From assembly GCA_964645825.1 (NCBI GenBank), contig CAZXZY010000001.1:17362-81361 (forward strand): 64,000 nt of DNA, in the 5' to 3' direction. The notes below the pieces were generated by a model. The model saw only the letters and a list, made by a program, of their open reading frames with translations. It was not told the DNA's origin and searched no databases. The translations under genes were made by a program, and so were the position numbers. The stretch comes from an uncultured Gammaproteobacteria bacterium (GTDB taxonomy: Bacteria; Patescibacteriota; Patescibacteriia; UBA1558; GWA2-36-10). Position 1 is the first letter of the stretch. Each line of letters begins with the position of its first letter. This document shows positions 37,321 through 47,219 of this stretch, piece by piece.

Positions 37321-38893
37321 TTTTAAATACGGCTAAGGCTTTGTTTAAAACTTTTTTCAGTAATTCCACTTCTTCTAATTTCAGTATTATTCCTAAGATA
37401 AAATAACATATTCCGCCAAAAATAGCGGCACCAAGACCTTGAATAAAGATACCTAAGAAGGTCTGCATATTAACCCAATTAGCTAGAATTTGCAAACTTA
37501 GATAAACCACTGCTCCAGCTAAAATAGAGTTGATGGCGATCTTAATGATCGAGACAAAAATTTTATGATCATCAAGGCCAGGAACTTTGCAATGTAAAAA
37601 AATATACAGTAAAAACATATTGATAATACTAGCAATAGAAAAAGCTAAGGCTAAGCCGACTACACCCAAATGTCCAGCTAAAATAAAAGATAATATTATA
37701 TTAATAATAATACTAACAATACTAATAATCATCGGCGTTTTAGTATCTTCAAAGGCATAAAAAGAACGAGCTAACAATGGAATCAAACCTTGAGCAAAGA
37801 TAGACAAGGCAAAAAATCCCAAAGTTTGAGCAACGTAGTAAGTGTTTGACCAATCAAAAGCACCTGTTCCTAAAATAATACGGACAATCTGGGCTCTTAA
37901 AAGCAAAATAAAAATTGACAATGGTACCAATAAAAATAAAATTCTTCTAAAGCTAGCTGAAAAATGTCGGGCAAAAGTTTCATTATCTTCATTGCCAACC
38001 GCTTGTGTAAAAGTAGGAAAAACAGCTATCGCTAAAGAGACAGCAAATAAGCTTATTGGTAAACTTTGTAAATTATTTGCTAAATTAAAAATAGCAATAC
38101 TGCCAGCAGATAAAGTAGAGGCAACTATAGTAATAACTATCAAATTTATTTGTCCAGCAGCAAGCCCAAAAGTCCGTGGCAACATCAAAAGTAAGATTCT
38201 TTTTAGTGGCTTGGTGAATTCTAAACTAAATTGATAATGCCAACCATGTTTAATCACTTCTGGTAATTGAGTCAACAAATGTAAAGCCGCTCCTAAAAAT
38301 ACACCCCAGGCTAAGCCAACCAAACCAAAGATAGGATAAAGCCAAACAATACCAACTATGATACCAACATTGTATAAAGACGCTGCTAATGAAAAACTGA
38401 AAAACTTTTTCCAAGAATTTAATATACCACCAATAACATTGGAGGCAACAAAAAATAAAATAGCTAACAACATTACTCTAGTCAGTTGACTAACTTTGAT
38501 GATTTGCCATTCTGAAAAGCCAGGAGTCAATATTTGCATGATTTGCGGCGTAAAAATCCAAGCGATTATTACCAATCCACCAATAACTAACAAGAAAAAA
38601 TTTAAAGTGGAGTTAGCTAATTTTAAGCCCTCCTCTTTATTTTTGTGCCAGACTTTTTGAAAAACAGGAATAAAGGCAGAAGTTAAGGCACCTAAAACTA
38701 AAGTATTGAAAATCAAATCCGGTAAACGAAAAGCAGCGTAGTAAATATCAGAGATTTCAGAAGCACCAAAATTGTAAGCGATCAAACGCTCACGTAGTAA
38801 GCCTAAAATTTTTGATAAAAAAGAAAAGCCGGCAATCAGGATTGCGCCGCCGGCAACTGTATTATTAATTTTCTGCCAAAGCTTAGACCACAT
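37307..38893 (-). CDS. murJ: lipid II flippase MurJ
   Basis: MviN/MurJ N-terminal LSKILGLLRERLIAYNFGAS and 14-TM profile. Confidence 0.85.
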   Translation of the reverse strand: MWSKLWQKINNTVAGGAILIAGFSFLSKILGLLRERLIAYNFGASEISDIYYAAFRLPDLIFNTLVLGALTSAFIPVFQKVWHKNKEEGLKLANSTLNFFLLVIGGLVIIAWIFTPQIMQILTPGFSEWQIIKVSQLTRVMLLAILFFVASNVIGGILNSWKKFFSFSLAASLYNVGIIVGIVWLYPIFGLVGLAWGVFLGAALHLLTQLPEVIKHGWHYQFSLEFTKPLKRILLLMLPRTFGLAAGQINLIVITIVASTLSAGSIAIFNLANNLQSLPISLFAVSLAIAVFPTFTQAVGNEDNETFARHFSASFRRILFLLVPLSIFILLLRAQIVRIILGTGAFDWSNTYYVAQTLGFFALSIFAQGLIPLLARSFYAFEDTKTPMIISIVSIIINIILSFILAGHLGVVGLALAFSIASIINMFLLYIFLHCKVPGLDDHKIFVSIIKIAINSILAGAVVYLSLQILANWVNMQTFLGIFIQGLGAAIFGGICYFILGIILKLEEVELLKKVLNKALAVFKNGQK

Positions 38894-38903
38894 GCGTAAT
38901 TAT

Positions 38904-41309
38904 TTATTTTGTTGTCACAATAAAACCGAAGTACTGATCACCAATGAGCTCGTTGGTATATGTAACTACTTTATTATTTACACTCATCTGTGTTTCATTC
39001 ATCGCTTTATTCCAAACAACTTTTAAATTTTCTGGTAATAAAATAGATGAGTTAAAAACTGTATTTTTTGTTCCGGATTGTGATTGGACCAATAAGCTAT
39101 AATTATCTAGCTGCATGTCACCTTTAAATATTTTTTGCCACCAATTATTAACCAATGGTTGATCAACGTCAACAGTAAAGGGCAATTTATATTTTAAAGC
39201 GATAGTTTTTGTTTCGCCTGGTTTCAAAGCTAGCCAATTAGCAAAAACTGTTTTGTCTAGACTTTGATAGATTTCTGTTTGCGAACTAGCGTCTAACATT
39301 TTGTCTTCTTCTACTTGAATATCCTCATCTTCTACTGTAGCCGCTGATACTGAATGAAAATAACCTTCTGGTAATTGATCAAAGCCAACCGCTTCGATAA
39401 ATTCACTACCCTGTGGCACATAAAAACGTAAATAACTAACATTACCACCTTCAAAGCCAGCTAAAGGATTATCAGCTGCTCCTCTGTTTGTTCTAGTGAT
39501 GCGAACTGTATTTATAATCTCTCCGTTTGATGAAATCTCTGCTTGATGATCGATATTTTGTTGGATATCATTATCAGTTTTACCACCGGCAATATTAGTA
39601 TTTACCACTTGTAAATAATCTTTTTGATTATGCAACATTGCTCCCGACCAACCAAATTGATGTACTTTTTCTTGCGCTGCAGTGTCGTTAAGGTACATCT
39701 GAATATCTTTAGTGGCTAGTTGATTAACTAAAACTTCTACAATTTCTTTTTGCTTTTCTTGGCTAGACAATAGTCTGTCCAAAACTAAGGGGGTCAAATC
39801 AGCAATAATAGCTTTGGGAGAATTTTCTTCTTTGCTATAATTAAATTCCACCTCTTCTTGAATAACGGCAAATAAATTTTCAGCAGTAATGGTTAAATTA
39901 TATCCTGGTAAATCTATTGGACCAACTACAGCTAATAATTCTTGCAGAACACTAGCATTGATAGCCATCACGCCATCAATAGCAGAGCCACCAAAATTTT
40001 GATAAAACCAACTAATTTTTTGAGCTGAGGTGGGAAAATCTGGCCACCAATTAGCATCCCAAATATTAAAATATGGATTTATTAAAGACAAAGCTTTTGG
40101 CGCTTTAATTTTGATATTTTGACCAGCTTCCAAGTCATACATGCCACCATCTGGTATCTCTAAATGTTTTATTTTTCCTTGATAAATATCTAACAAAGCA
40201 AAGCTGCCGATAAATCCTCCGGTAGCACGAATTTCGTTATCATTTTGAAATAAAACTAAATATCTTTTTTCTTGGTCATGTCCCAAAACTTCTAATAAAA
40301 CATCAAAAACTTCTTGCAAATTTTCTAAACTAACAGTTAATTGCGGTAAGTTATCTTGTAAAACAACAAAATATTCTTGTAACTCAATTGGCAGTTTAGT
40401 AATATTAATATTTTCTAAATCCTTGGAAGCTTTTTGTAAATATGGTAAAGTCTCATCTATTTGTCCGTCGATAAAGACAATGTGCTCTGTTACACTTTCG
40501 TTGTCTTGCAATTTTTGATTTAAAGTGACGGCAGCTTGTGAAATATTATTAGCCACAGCTAATAAATTTGTACTCAAAGAAATTGGTTTACCAACTAAAG
40601 GCAATTTTGAACCTGTGGCTAGCATCCATGATTCATATTCATTAAGAATTTCTTGAATAGTGTTAAAATTTTGCAGGGCTTGTTCGAAATCTGCATCAGC
40701 CTGATTATAAGAATTTTCAGATGCTGAAATAACACCGGATTGTAAATTGGCTATGCCACTTTTTCCTAGATCAAAAATGATATTTTTATCGAGCTGAAAT
40801 TGTCCAAAAACCATTAAGCCCCTAATTGGTAATAAAGTTATCCCGACCAATAAGGCAAATAGAGTGAGTCGTAAACCTAAACGCTTAATACCAAAACTCA
40901 AATCCGGTACATCGAATCTTGGGTTTGGTATTTTAATTTTACGAAATTTTATTTTAGCTAGTTTAAATTTTTTATGCCAACCTGAGGCTAAAAATTTTCT
41001 TTGTTGTTTCGGAATGTTCGATTGTCTTAAATCTAAAACATTACCAGATTGAGAAGCTGTATCTGCATCAAGTTGTTTAACCGTAGAACGCTTTTGTTTT
41101 TTATTTACTGTTTTGTGTTGAGCTTTGTATTGGTCAATCAAAAAAGTAGCCTCTGACAAATCTTGTTTAATCAGGTGATCAAGTTTAGACAAAGCCTCTT
41201 TTCTTTCATGTATAGAAGCATCATTATCAACTAAAAAATCATCTAGCTCTGCAACTAAACTTGTTTTTACTTTTTGAAAATCTGTTTTGATTTTTTTCTT
41301 TTTTGGCAT
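38904..41309 (-). CDS. large membrane-anchored extracytoplasmic protein (801 aa), unknown function
   Basis: Lys-rich cytoplasmic N-terminus, single TM around residue 150, about 640-aa exodomain. Lies between murJ and the glycosyltransferases. Confidence 0.45.
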   Translation of the reverse strand: MPKKKKIKTDFQKVKTSLVAELDDFLVDNDASIHERKEALSKLDHLIKQDLSEATFLIDQYKAQHKTVNKKQKRSTVKQLDADTASQSGNVLDLRQSNIPKQQRKFLASGWHKKFKLAKIKFRKIKIPNPRFDVPDLSFGIKRLGLRLTLFALLVGITLLPIRGLMVFGQFQLDKNIIFDLGKSGIANLQSGVISASENSYNQADADFEQALQNFNTIQEILNEYESWMLATGSKLPLVGKPISLSTNLLAVANNISQAAVTLNQKLQDNESVTEHIVFIDGQIDETLPYLQKASKDLENINITKLPIELQEYFVVLQDNLPQLTVSLENLQEVFDVLLEVLGHDQEKRYLVLFQNDNEIRATGGFIGSFALLDIYQGKIKHLEIPDGGMYDLEAGQNIKIKAPKALSLINPYFNIWDANWWPDFPTSAQKISWFYQNFGGSAIDGVMAINASVLQELLAVVGPIDLPGYNLTITAENLFAVIQEEVEFNYSKEENSPKAIIADLTPLVLDRLLSSQEKQKEIVEVLVNQLATKDIQMYLNDTAAQEKVHQFGWSGAMLHNQKDYLQVVNTNIAGGKTDNDIQQNIDHQAEISSNGEIINTVRITRTNRGAADNPLAGFEGGNVSYLRFYVPQGSEFIEAVGFDQLPEGYFHSVSAATVEDEDIQVEEDKMLDASSQTEIYQSLDKTVFANWLALKPGETKTIALKYKLPFTVDVDQPLVNNWWQKIFKGDMQLDNYSLLVQSQSGTKNTVFNSSILLPENLKVVWNKAMNETQMSVNNKVVTYTNELIGDQYFGFIVTTK

Positions 41310-41387
41310 AACAAATCTTAGCTATATTATAACAGATTTTTAGCTAATCACAAAGAGATTATTTAACTTGGCAAACAAGTTTTGAGA

Positions 41388-42506
41388 TTATAGAGATGAC
41401 TCAAACAACTTAATTAATTTTTTTACTTGCTCAGACCAAATTGGTATAAACAATTTTTTTTGACTCTTTTTGATATTTTTTAATAATTCATCGTCCTCTC
41501 TTAAAGTTTTGAGTAGTTGATAAATCTCAGCTAAATTATATGGATCGACATACATGGCCTGTGCTTTCATAATTTCCGGTAAAGAAGTCTTATAGCTGGT
41601 AATAACTGGGCAGCCATGAAAAGTAGCTTCTAAAGGTGGGAAGCCAAAACCTTCATAAAAAGATGGCCAAATTAAACCCTCTGCCGAAACATACAAGGCA
41701 TCTTTGAGTGGACTCGTTATGAAGCCTAAATATTTTATATATTTTCTTTTTTTGATACTGTGTAATAATTTTTGATAAATCCAGCCCTTGTTACCAATCA
41801 AGACTAAATTAGTATCTGGGTATTCAGCGTGATATTTATCAAAAGCTTTGATAATACCTTCTATGTTTTTACGTGGTTCTAGTGTACCTAAAAAAAGATA
41901 AAATTTCTCAGGTAAATCATAAGCTGTTAATAATTCATTTGCTCTTTCCTGATCCATGGCTATGACAGAAGCGCCAGGATAAATAACTTTTATTTTTTCT
42001 TCTGGCACAGTGAAAAATCTCATTATGTCTCTCTTGGTGCTGTGAGAAACAGAAATTATTTTACTTGCTCGATTAACTAGGCGTTTAACATTTACTAAAG
42101 TGTGCCACCATTTTCCTCTCATCGAATAGAAGTGCTTGCTATGTAAAAAAGATAAATCATGAATAGTTAAAATCATCGGTAAGTCGGGACTCAATCTAAT
42201 GAAGTTAATATTGGGTAACCAAAATATGTCTAATTTTACTGGAAATAATTTATCTATTTTGGGAGATAAATTTAATAATAATTTTAAATTAAAAAACTTA
42301 GAAGAGCTACGATGATGAACATGATGAACGTTATCGGCTTTTAACTCCTTAGGAAAATAGTCTGAAGCATTCCAGCCAGAGCTGAATAAATAATACTGAT
42401 TAGTTTTATCAGTAGAAATCATATGTTCAATAGCGTGAAAAATATAGTTACCAACACCGCTACGTTTGACTGGAGACAAGGCTCTAATATCAATACCTAT
42501 ATTCAT
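41388..42506 (-). CDS. glycosyltransferase family 4 (GT-B)
   Basis: EPRKN...YEGFGFPPLEA signature. Confidence 0.8.
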   Translation of the reverse strand: MNIGIDIRALSPVKRSGVGNYIFHAIEHMISTDKTNQYYLFSSGWNASDYFPKELKADNVHHVHHRSSSKFFNLKLLLNLSPKIDKLFPVKLDIFWLPNINFIRLSPDLPMILTIHDLSFLHSKHFYSMRGKWWHTLVNVKRLVNRASKIISVSHSTKRDIMRFFTVPEEKIKVIYPGASVIAMDQERANELLTAYDLPEKFYLFLGTLEPRKNIEGIIKAFDKYHAEYPDTNLVLIGNKGWIYQKLLHSIKKRKYIKYLGFITSPLKDALYVSAEGLIWPSFYEGFGFPPLEATFHGCPVITSYKTSLPEIMKAQAMYVDPYNLAEIYQLLKTLREDDELLKNIKKSQKKLFIPIWSEQVKKLIKLFESSL

Positions 42507-42507
42507 T

Positions 42508-43599
42508 TTATAGTTGGTTAAGTAATTCTTTCATCTTAGCAATGAAAATGGTTTCGTCAAATTGTTTAGCGTGTTGACGAATCAATTGCGAGTCAAAATC
42601 CATATTTTGAAAATGTAATACAGCATGAGTCAAGGCGGCCCAATTCTGATGTTTAAAAAATACTCCTGTCACACCATCTACTATTGTCTCTAATGCGCCA
42701 CCCTTAGCGTAAGCTATAACTGGTCGTCCAGAAGCCATGGCTTCTAAGGCAGTAATTCCAAAGTCCTCTACTTGTGGGTACAAAAATGCTTTGCAATGAG
42801 ATAAATAATGATTACGTTCTTGATCAGATAATTCACCTAAAAATTCTACATTGTCGCCAGCCATTTTTTTTAATCTATTTATTTCGCTGCCAGATCCGAT
42901 AATCTTAAGCGGCAATTTCATATTATTAAAAGCTTGAATAGCAATCTCTACTTTTTTATAAGGACGTAAGCGGCTGACTATCAAATAATAATCCCCTACT
43001 TGATCAGCAATTTTAAAATCATCGACACGAATAGAGGGATGAATAACTTGAGCGTCACGATTATAATGTTTTTTGATCTTATTTGCAATAAAAGCAGAAT
43101 TAGCTACAAAAGTGTCTACTTCTTGAGCCTTAATATAATCCCAAGTCTGCATTTTTTTAAAAAAATAAGGCAAAATCATCTTTATTAATTTGCCGGTTGG
43201 TAAATTGCCCAAATATTCATCTTTATCTCCCCACAAATATCTAGTCGGGGCATGACAATAACAAATATGTTTAGTTTTATTTGATTTTTTTAAACCCTTC
43301 ACAAAAGCTGAAGCTGAACTAAGCACTACGTCATATTCTGATAAATCAGTGTTTTCCCAAGTCTTTGGCATGCGCCACAAAAAATAACGAAAGATTTTAT
43401 TAATATTAGGAATATTTTGTAGAGATGAAGTATATATTCTATTTTGATCAAATAAATCAGCTGTTACTTTTTGATCATTAATCAAAGTATAAATAGGCGC
43501 TTGATTATCTAAAGCCGCAAAAGTAGCCAGCACTCTTTCAGCGCCACCTTTTTGAAACAAATGATCATGAGCTAAGGCTAACTTGGCCATATTAGTCAA
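42508..43599 (-). CDS. glycosyltransferase family 4 (GT-B)
   Basis: GGAERV N-terminus and EDFGITALEAMASGRPVIA. Confidence 0.8.
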   Translation of the reverse strand: MTNMAKLALAHDHLFQKGGAERVLATFAALDNQAPIYTLINDQKVTADLFDQNRIYTSSLQNIPNINKIFRYFLWRMPKTWENTDLSEYDVVLSSASAFVKGLKKSNKTKHICYCHAPTRYLWGDKDEYLGNLPTGKLIKMILPYFFKKMQTWDYIKAQEVDTFVANSAFIANKIKKHYNRDAQVIHPSIRVDDFKIADQVGDYYLIVSRLRPYKKVEIAIQAFNNMKLPLKIIGSGSEINRLKKMAGDNVEFLGELSDQERNHYLSHCKAFLYPQVEDFGITALEAMASGRPVIAYAKGGALETIVDGVTGVFFKHQNWAALTHAVLHFQNMDFDSQLIRQHAKQFDETIFIAKMKELLNQL

Positions 43600-44980
43600 C
43601 TTCTCTATTGATAATGATAAAAGGAGTTTTGAATAAAATAACTAAATCTAGTAACAAGGACCAGTTTTCAATATAAAAAATATCTAATTTTGCTTCTTCT
43701 GTAAACAATAAATTTGAACGACCAGAAACTTGAGCCATGCCAGTCACACCGGGCTTGATACTTAATAATTTTTTGTATCCACGTTGATATTTAGAAACTT
43801 CTTCTGGCTCATGTGGACGTGGACCAACCAAAGACATGTTCCCTATAAACGCATTAAATAATTGCGGTAATTCATCAAGGCTAGTTTTTCTTAAAAATCT
43901 ACCAATTTTCGTAATACGCGGATCATTTTTCATCTTAAATAAAGGTCCGTCTGCTCGCTGATTAAATTTCATCATATCTGCTTTCAAAATATGAGCATCT
44001 TTAATCATTGAACGAAATTTGTACAACTTGAACATCTTTCCTTTGACGCCAACTCTATCTAAACTGACAAACACCGGACCAGGCGATGTAAATTTTATCA
44101 ACAAAGCAATGATAATAAACAATGGAGATAATACTATCAAAGCTAAATTGGCTAAAATAAAATCAAAAATACGCTTTGCAACTTTACCCCAACCTTCTAG
44201 CGGTGTGCTTTGTATTTCTACTAATGGCAAGCCAGCTACACTACCTAAATTCAAATGTAAACTTTGAGCTTGAAATAAATTTGCTACATATTTCAGGCTA
44301 ACGTGATTTTCCTGGCAATATGTAAGTAAGTCCAAGGCTTGATCTTTGGAGATTGTAGAATCAGTTTGAATAATATAATCTACTTTTTTATTATTAATTA
44401 ATGCTTGTAATTTTTCTGAAGATTCTAAGGTAGCCAAATCATGACAGGTCTCTAGAACTTTAAAACCTAAACGCGGATTATTTTTATATTCATCCACGAT
44501 AATCTGTCGAGCAGCGCTAGGTCCTAAAATAATTACTTTTGACAGTCCATGACCTTTTTGAAAAAAATAATTACGAACAAAGACTATTAAAACTCTACTG
44601 ATAAATAAATACAAAATTGCTAAGGCCCAACCTAAAATAATAATGAAACGAGAAGAAAATAATTCTCTTTGTAAAAAGATAGATAAAATTAAAACAACTA
44701 CCAAGAATGATACGCCCATAAATATCTTTGGTAGTTCTTTGACTAGTTTTTTATTGTGCATGCTATAAAAACCTAAAATAGCAAAAATAAACATGCCTAA
44801 AATAGAAACTTGTAATGTTAAATACAAATAATCTAAAATTGGTAATTCAAAAAATACCGGGCGCCAAGAAACCACGGTATCAGAAAAACGTAAATAATAA
44901 GCAGACAATGAAGCTGCCCACAACAAAATAAAATCAACTGGAACCAAAATTAGATTTATTATAATGTCTGCCTTTTTCAT
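43592..44980 (-). CDS. polyprenyl-phosphate glycosyl-1-phosphate transferase (WbaP/bacterial sugar transferase family)
   Basis: KRIFDFILA...SPGPVFVSLDRVG...LDELPQLFNAFIGNMSLVGPRP. Confidence 0.8.
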   Translation of the reverse strand: MKKADIIINLILVPVDFILLWAASLSAYYLRFSDTVVSWRPVFFELPILDYLYLTLQVSILGMFIFAILGFYSMHNKKLVKELPKIFMGVSFLVVVLILSIFLQRELFSSRFIIILGWALAILYLFISRVLIVFVRNYFFQKGHGLSKVIILGPSAARQIIVDEYKNNPRLGFKVLETCHDLATLESSEKLQALINNKKVDYIIQTDSTISKDQALDLLTYCQENHVSLKYVANLFQAQSLHLNLGSVAGLPLVEIQSTPLEGWGKVAKRIFDFILANLALIVLSPLFIIIALLIKFTSPGPVFVSLDRVGVKGKMFKLYKFRSMIKDAHILKADMMKFNQRADGPLFKMKNDPRITKIGRFLRKTSLDELPQLFNAFIGNMSLVGPRPHEPEEVSKYQRGYKKLLSIKPGVTGMAQVSGRSNLLFTEEAKLDIFYIENWSLLLDLVILFKTPFIIINREVD

Positions 44981-45045
44981 AATGCCTTTTTCCTTATAAT
45001 AACACCTCTATTTACTTTAGTAAACTGGTATTTTGGCAACAAAAA

Positions 45046-45403
45046 AAGCCCAAATTAACCTCATAAGCCGAATTCTGTCCTCAAAAGAGGGATGATCATC
45101 TATCTAGGACTACTATTGCTAATAGCCTCAAGCAATCTACCCGCCCCCTAAGGGGCCTATTTGATTTTGCACCAGATAAAGTTTGCCTCTTCTAGCCTGT
45201 CACCAAGCTAACGGGTTAGCTAATTATCTAACCATTTCACCCTTATTCTGCAAGCAGAAAGGAATATTTTCTGTTGTACTTGTTCTGACCGATAAATCAC
45301 TTTATCAGCCGGTTGGCGTTACCAACTATCTTTTTATTGGTGTTCGGACTTTATCCTCTCCAAACATGCTTTGGAGCGATCATCTCGGTTAATTTAAGCT
45401 TTC
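45046..45403 (-). ncRNA. rnpB: RNase P RNA, bacterial type A, compact P12
   Basis: On the minus strand: P1 aagcuuaaauuaacc/gguuaauuugggcuu, P3 cuccaaa-gcaug-uuuggag, P4 AGGAUAAAGUCCGAAC pairing with GACAGAAUUCGGCUUAUG (GG/CC to AA/UU covariation), AAGGGUGAAAUGGU, CAAAUAGG, GGGUAGAUUGCUUGAGGC...CCUAGAUAGAUGA. Confidence 0.8.
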
Positions 45404-45409
45404 TGCTAG

Positions 45410-45438
45410 TTTATACCATATTTATTATATATTGTCAA
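45410..45438 (-). promoter_or_regulatory. rnpB promoter TTGACA-17-TATAAA
   Basis: -35 at 45438-45433 and -10 at 45415-45410 on the minus strand. The predicted TSS at about 45403 coincides with the P1 5' end. Confidence 0.4.
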
Positions 45439-45469
45439 GAAAAAACCCCGTTATTGCAAAATAACAGGG
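45439..45469 (-). terminator. intrinsic terminator after the small 49-aa ORF
   Basis: ccccgttatt-gcaa-aataacaggg with flanking U-run on the minus strand. Confidence 0.45.
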
Positions 45470-45472
45470 CTC

Positions 45473-45622
45473 TTAATGTTTATCCTTCTTTGTTAATTTT
45501 TTATCTTTTCTTCTCATCCAAGAAGGCTTTATAAATTGACCATATTGCCCCTCTATTTTGCCAAATAACCCATAGGCTAAACCGATTATCACGATGAGTA
45601 TGGTTTTCCATGGCCAGTCCAT
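45473..45622 (-). CDS. small single-TM membrane protein (49 aa), not in the ORF track
   Basis: GGAGGA lies 4 nt before ATG. MDWPWKTILIVIIGLAYGLFGK plus basic tail. Has its own terminator. Confidence 0.35.
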   Translation of the reverse strand: MDWPWKTILIVIIGLAYGLFGKIEGQYGQFIKPSWMRRKDKKLTKKDKH

Positions 45623-45679
45623 GATATCCTCCATTTATTTGAAAAAACGTTATTCTGAAATATAAGTTAGTGTTTCTTA

Positions 45680-46693
45680 TTATTTTGCAGACAAGATACT
45701 GCGCTTATAAGATTCTAAATTTTCTAAAGCAATACCTGTGCCCCGAGCTACGCACAATAATGAATCATCGGCTGTATAGGCCGGCACACCAGTGGCTTGA
45801 GCCAAAAGCTTATCCATATTACGTAACAATGAGGTGCCACCAGACAAAACCATACCTTTATCCATAATATCGGCTGATAACTCCGGTGGAGTTTGATACA
45901 AAACTGATTTAACAGCTGAAATCAAACCTTGTAGTTCATTTTGCAGAGCCTCTGTCACATCATCAGAGCTGACATTGATTGTGCGAGGTAAGCCAGTAAT
46001 CATGTCACGGCCTTTGACATCCATAAACAATTTTTCATCTTTGTCTAAAAATTGAGCTGAACCAATTTTAATCTTCACTTCTTCAGCGGTTCTCTCACCA
46101 ATCGCTAAATTATATTTCTTTTTTATAAACTCACCAATCGCAGCATCATATTTATTTCCACCAATTTTGACAGAAGTATTAGCTACAATGCCACCCAAAG
46201 AAATAACAGCAATTTCAGATGTACCACCGCCCATATCAACGATCATATGACCAGAAGCTGAACCAATGGGGATATCTGCCCCAATAGCTGCCGCAATCGG
46301 CTCACGGATGATATAGGCTGCCTTGGCGCCAGCATTCAGTGTAGCATCAATGACTGCTCTTCTTTCGGTAGAGGTAATGCCAGCCGGTACAGCAATCATC
46401 ACTTCGGGACGAAATATTTTCATCCCACCAACAGCTTTATTAATAAAATAACGTAACATACTCTCGGTAGTTCTATAATCAGCGATCACGCCATCTTTTA
46501 ATGGCCGAGATGCCACAATAGAATCGGGCGTACGCCCAATCATATCTTTAGCCTCATCTCCAACTGCCATAACTTTTTTATCAAAAACAGAAATTGCCAC
46601 TACACTAGGCTCATTGATAACAATCCCTCGTTTAGGAATATAAACGAGAGTGTATGCGGTGCCTAGATCAATGCCAATTTTCTTTATAAACAT
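45680..46693 (-). CDS. mreB: rod-shape protein MreB (paralog 2)
   Basis: Actin-fold phosphate motifs GIDLGTAYT and DMGGGTSE. Confidence 0.9.
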   Translation of the reverse strand: MFIKKIGIDLGTAYTLVYIPKRGIVINEPSVVAISVFDKKVMAVGDEAKDMIGRTPDSIVASRPLKDGVIADYRTTESMLRYFINKAVGGMKIFRPEVMIAVPAGITSTERRAVIDATLNAGAKAAYIIREPIAAAIGADIPIGSASGHMIVDMGGGTSEIAVISLGGIVANTSVKIGGNKYDAAIGEFIKKKYNLAIGERTAEEVKIKIGSAQFLDKDEKLFMDVKGRDMITGLPRTINVSSDDVTEALQNELQGLISAVKSVLYQTPPELSADIMDKGMVLSGGTSLLRNMDKLLAQATGVPAYTADDSLLCVARGTGIALENLESYKRSILSAK

Positions 46694-47149
46694 TTAGGAA
46701 ATTTCTAATATTTTATACTTGACTTTGCCCATCGGTAAATCAATTTCTAATTCATCATTTTTAGCTTTTCCAAAAAAAGCTTCACCCAAAGGAGACTCAA
46801 CGGATATTTTACCATTTGCCGGATCAGCTTCTGTGCTACCAACAATAGTAAATTCAAATACACCATCTTCTTTCTCTACCTTAATATGTGAGCCAACTTG
46901 AACAACATCAATGTCTTGCTTGTCAGCTACTACAGAAGTTTTAATAATATTATCTAATTCTATGATCCTACCCTCAACAAAAGCTTGCTCATCTTTAGCT
47001 TCTTGATATTCAGCATTTTCAGACAAGTCACCATAAGCTTTGGCTGTCTTAATTCTGTCAGCCACCTCTAGACGTTTAACGGTCTTTAAATGCTCTAATT
47101 CCTCTTGTAATTTTTGTAACCCTTCTGGGGTTAATATTTTTCTATCCAT
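46694..47149 (-). CDS. greA: transcription elongation factor GreA
   Basis: N-terminal coiled coil with acidic tip AKAYGDLSENAEY and FKBP-like C-terminus. Confidence 0.9.
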   Translation of the reverse strand: MDRKILTPEGLQKLQEELEHLKTVKRLEVADRIKTAKAYGDLSENAEYQEAKDEQAFVEGRIIELDNIIKTSVVADKQDIDVVQVGSHIKVEKEDGVFEFTIVGSTEADPANGKISVESPLGEAFFGKAKNDELEIDLPMGKVKYKILEIS

Positions 47150-47219
47150 GTTTAGTGCTTTTTATTTTATTACTGATTATCTATTATTATTCTGACGGAT
47201 TTTTCCAATTTTGGCAAAC

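Noticed and set aside
45183-45534. Plus-strand ORFs 45183-45392 and 45313-45534
   Set aside because: They overlap the RNase P RNA on the opposite strand. The only long open frames in the gap are antisense to a structured RNA.
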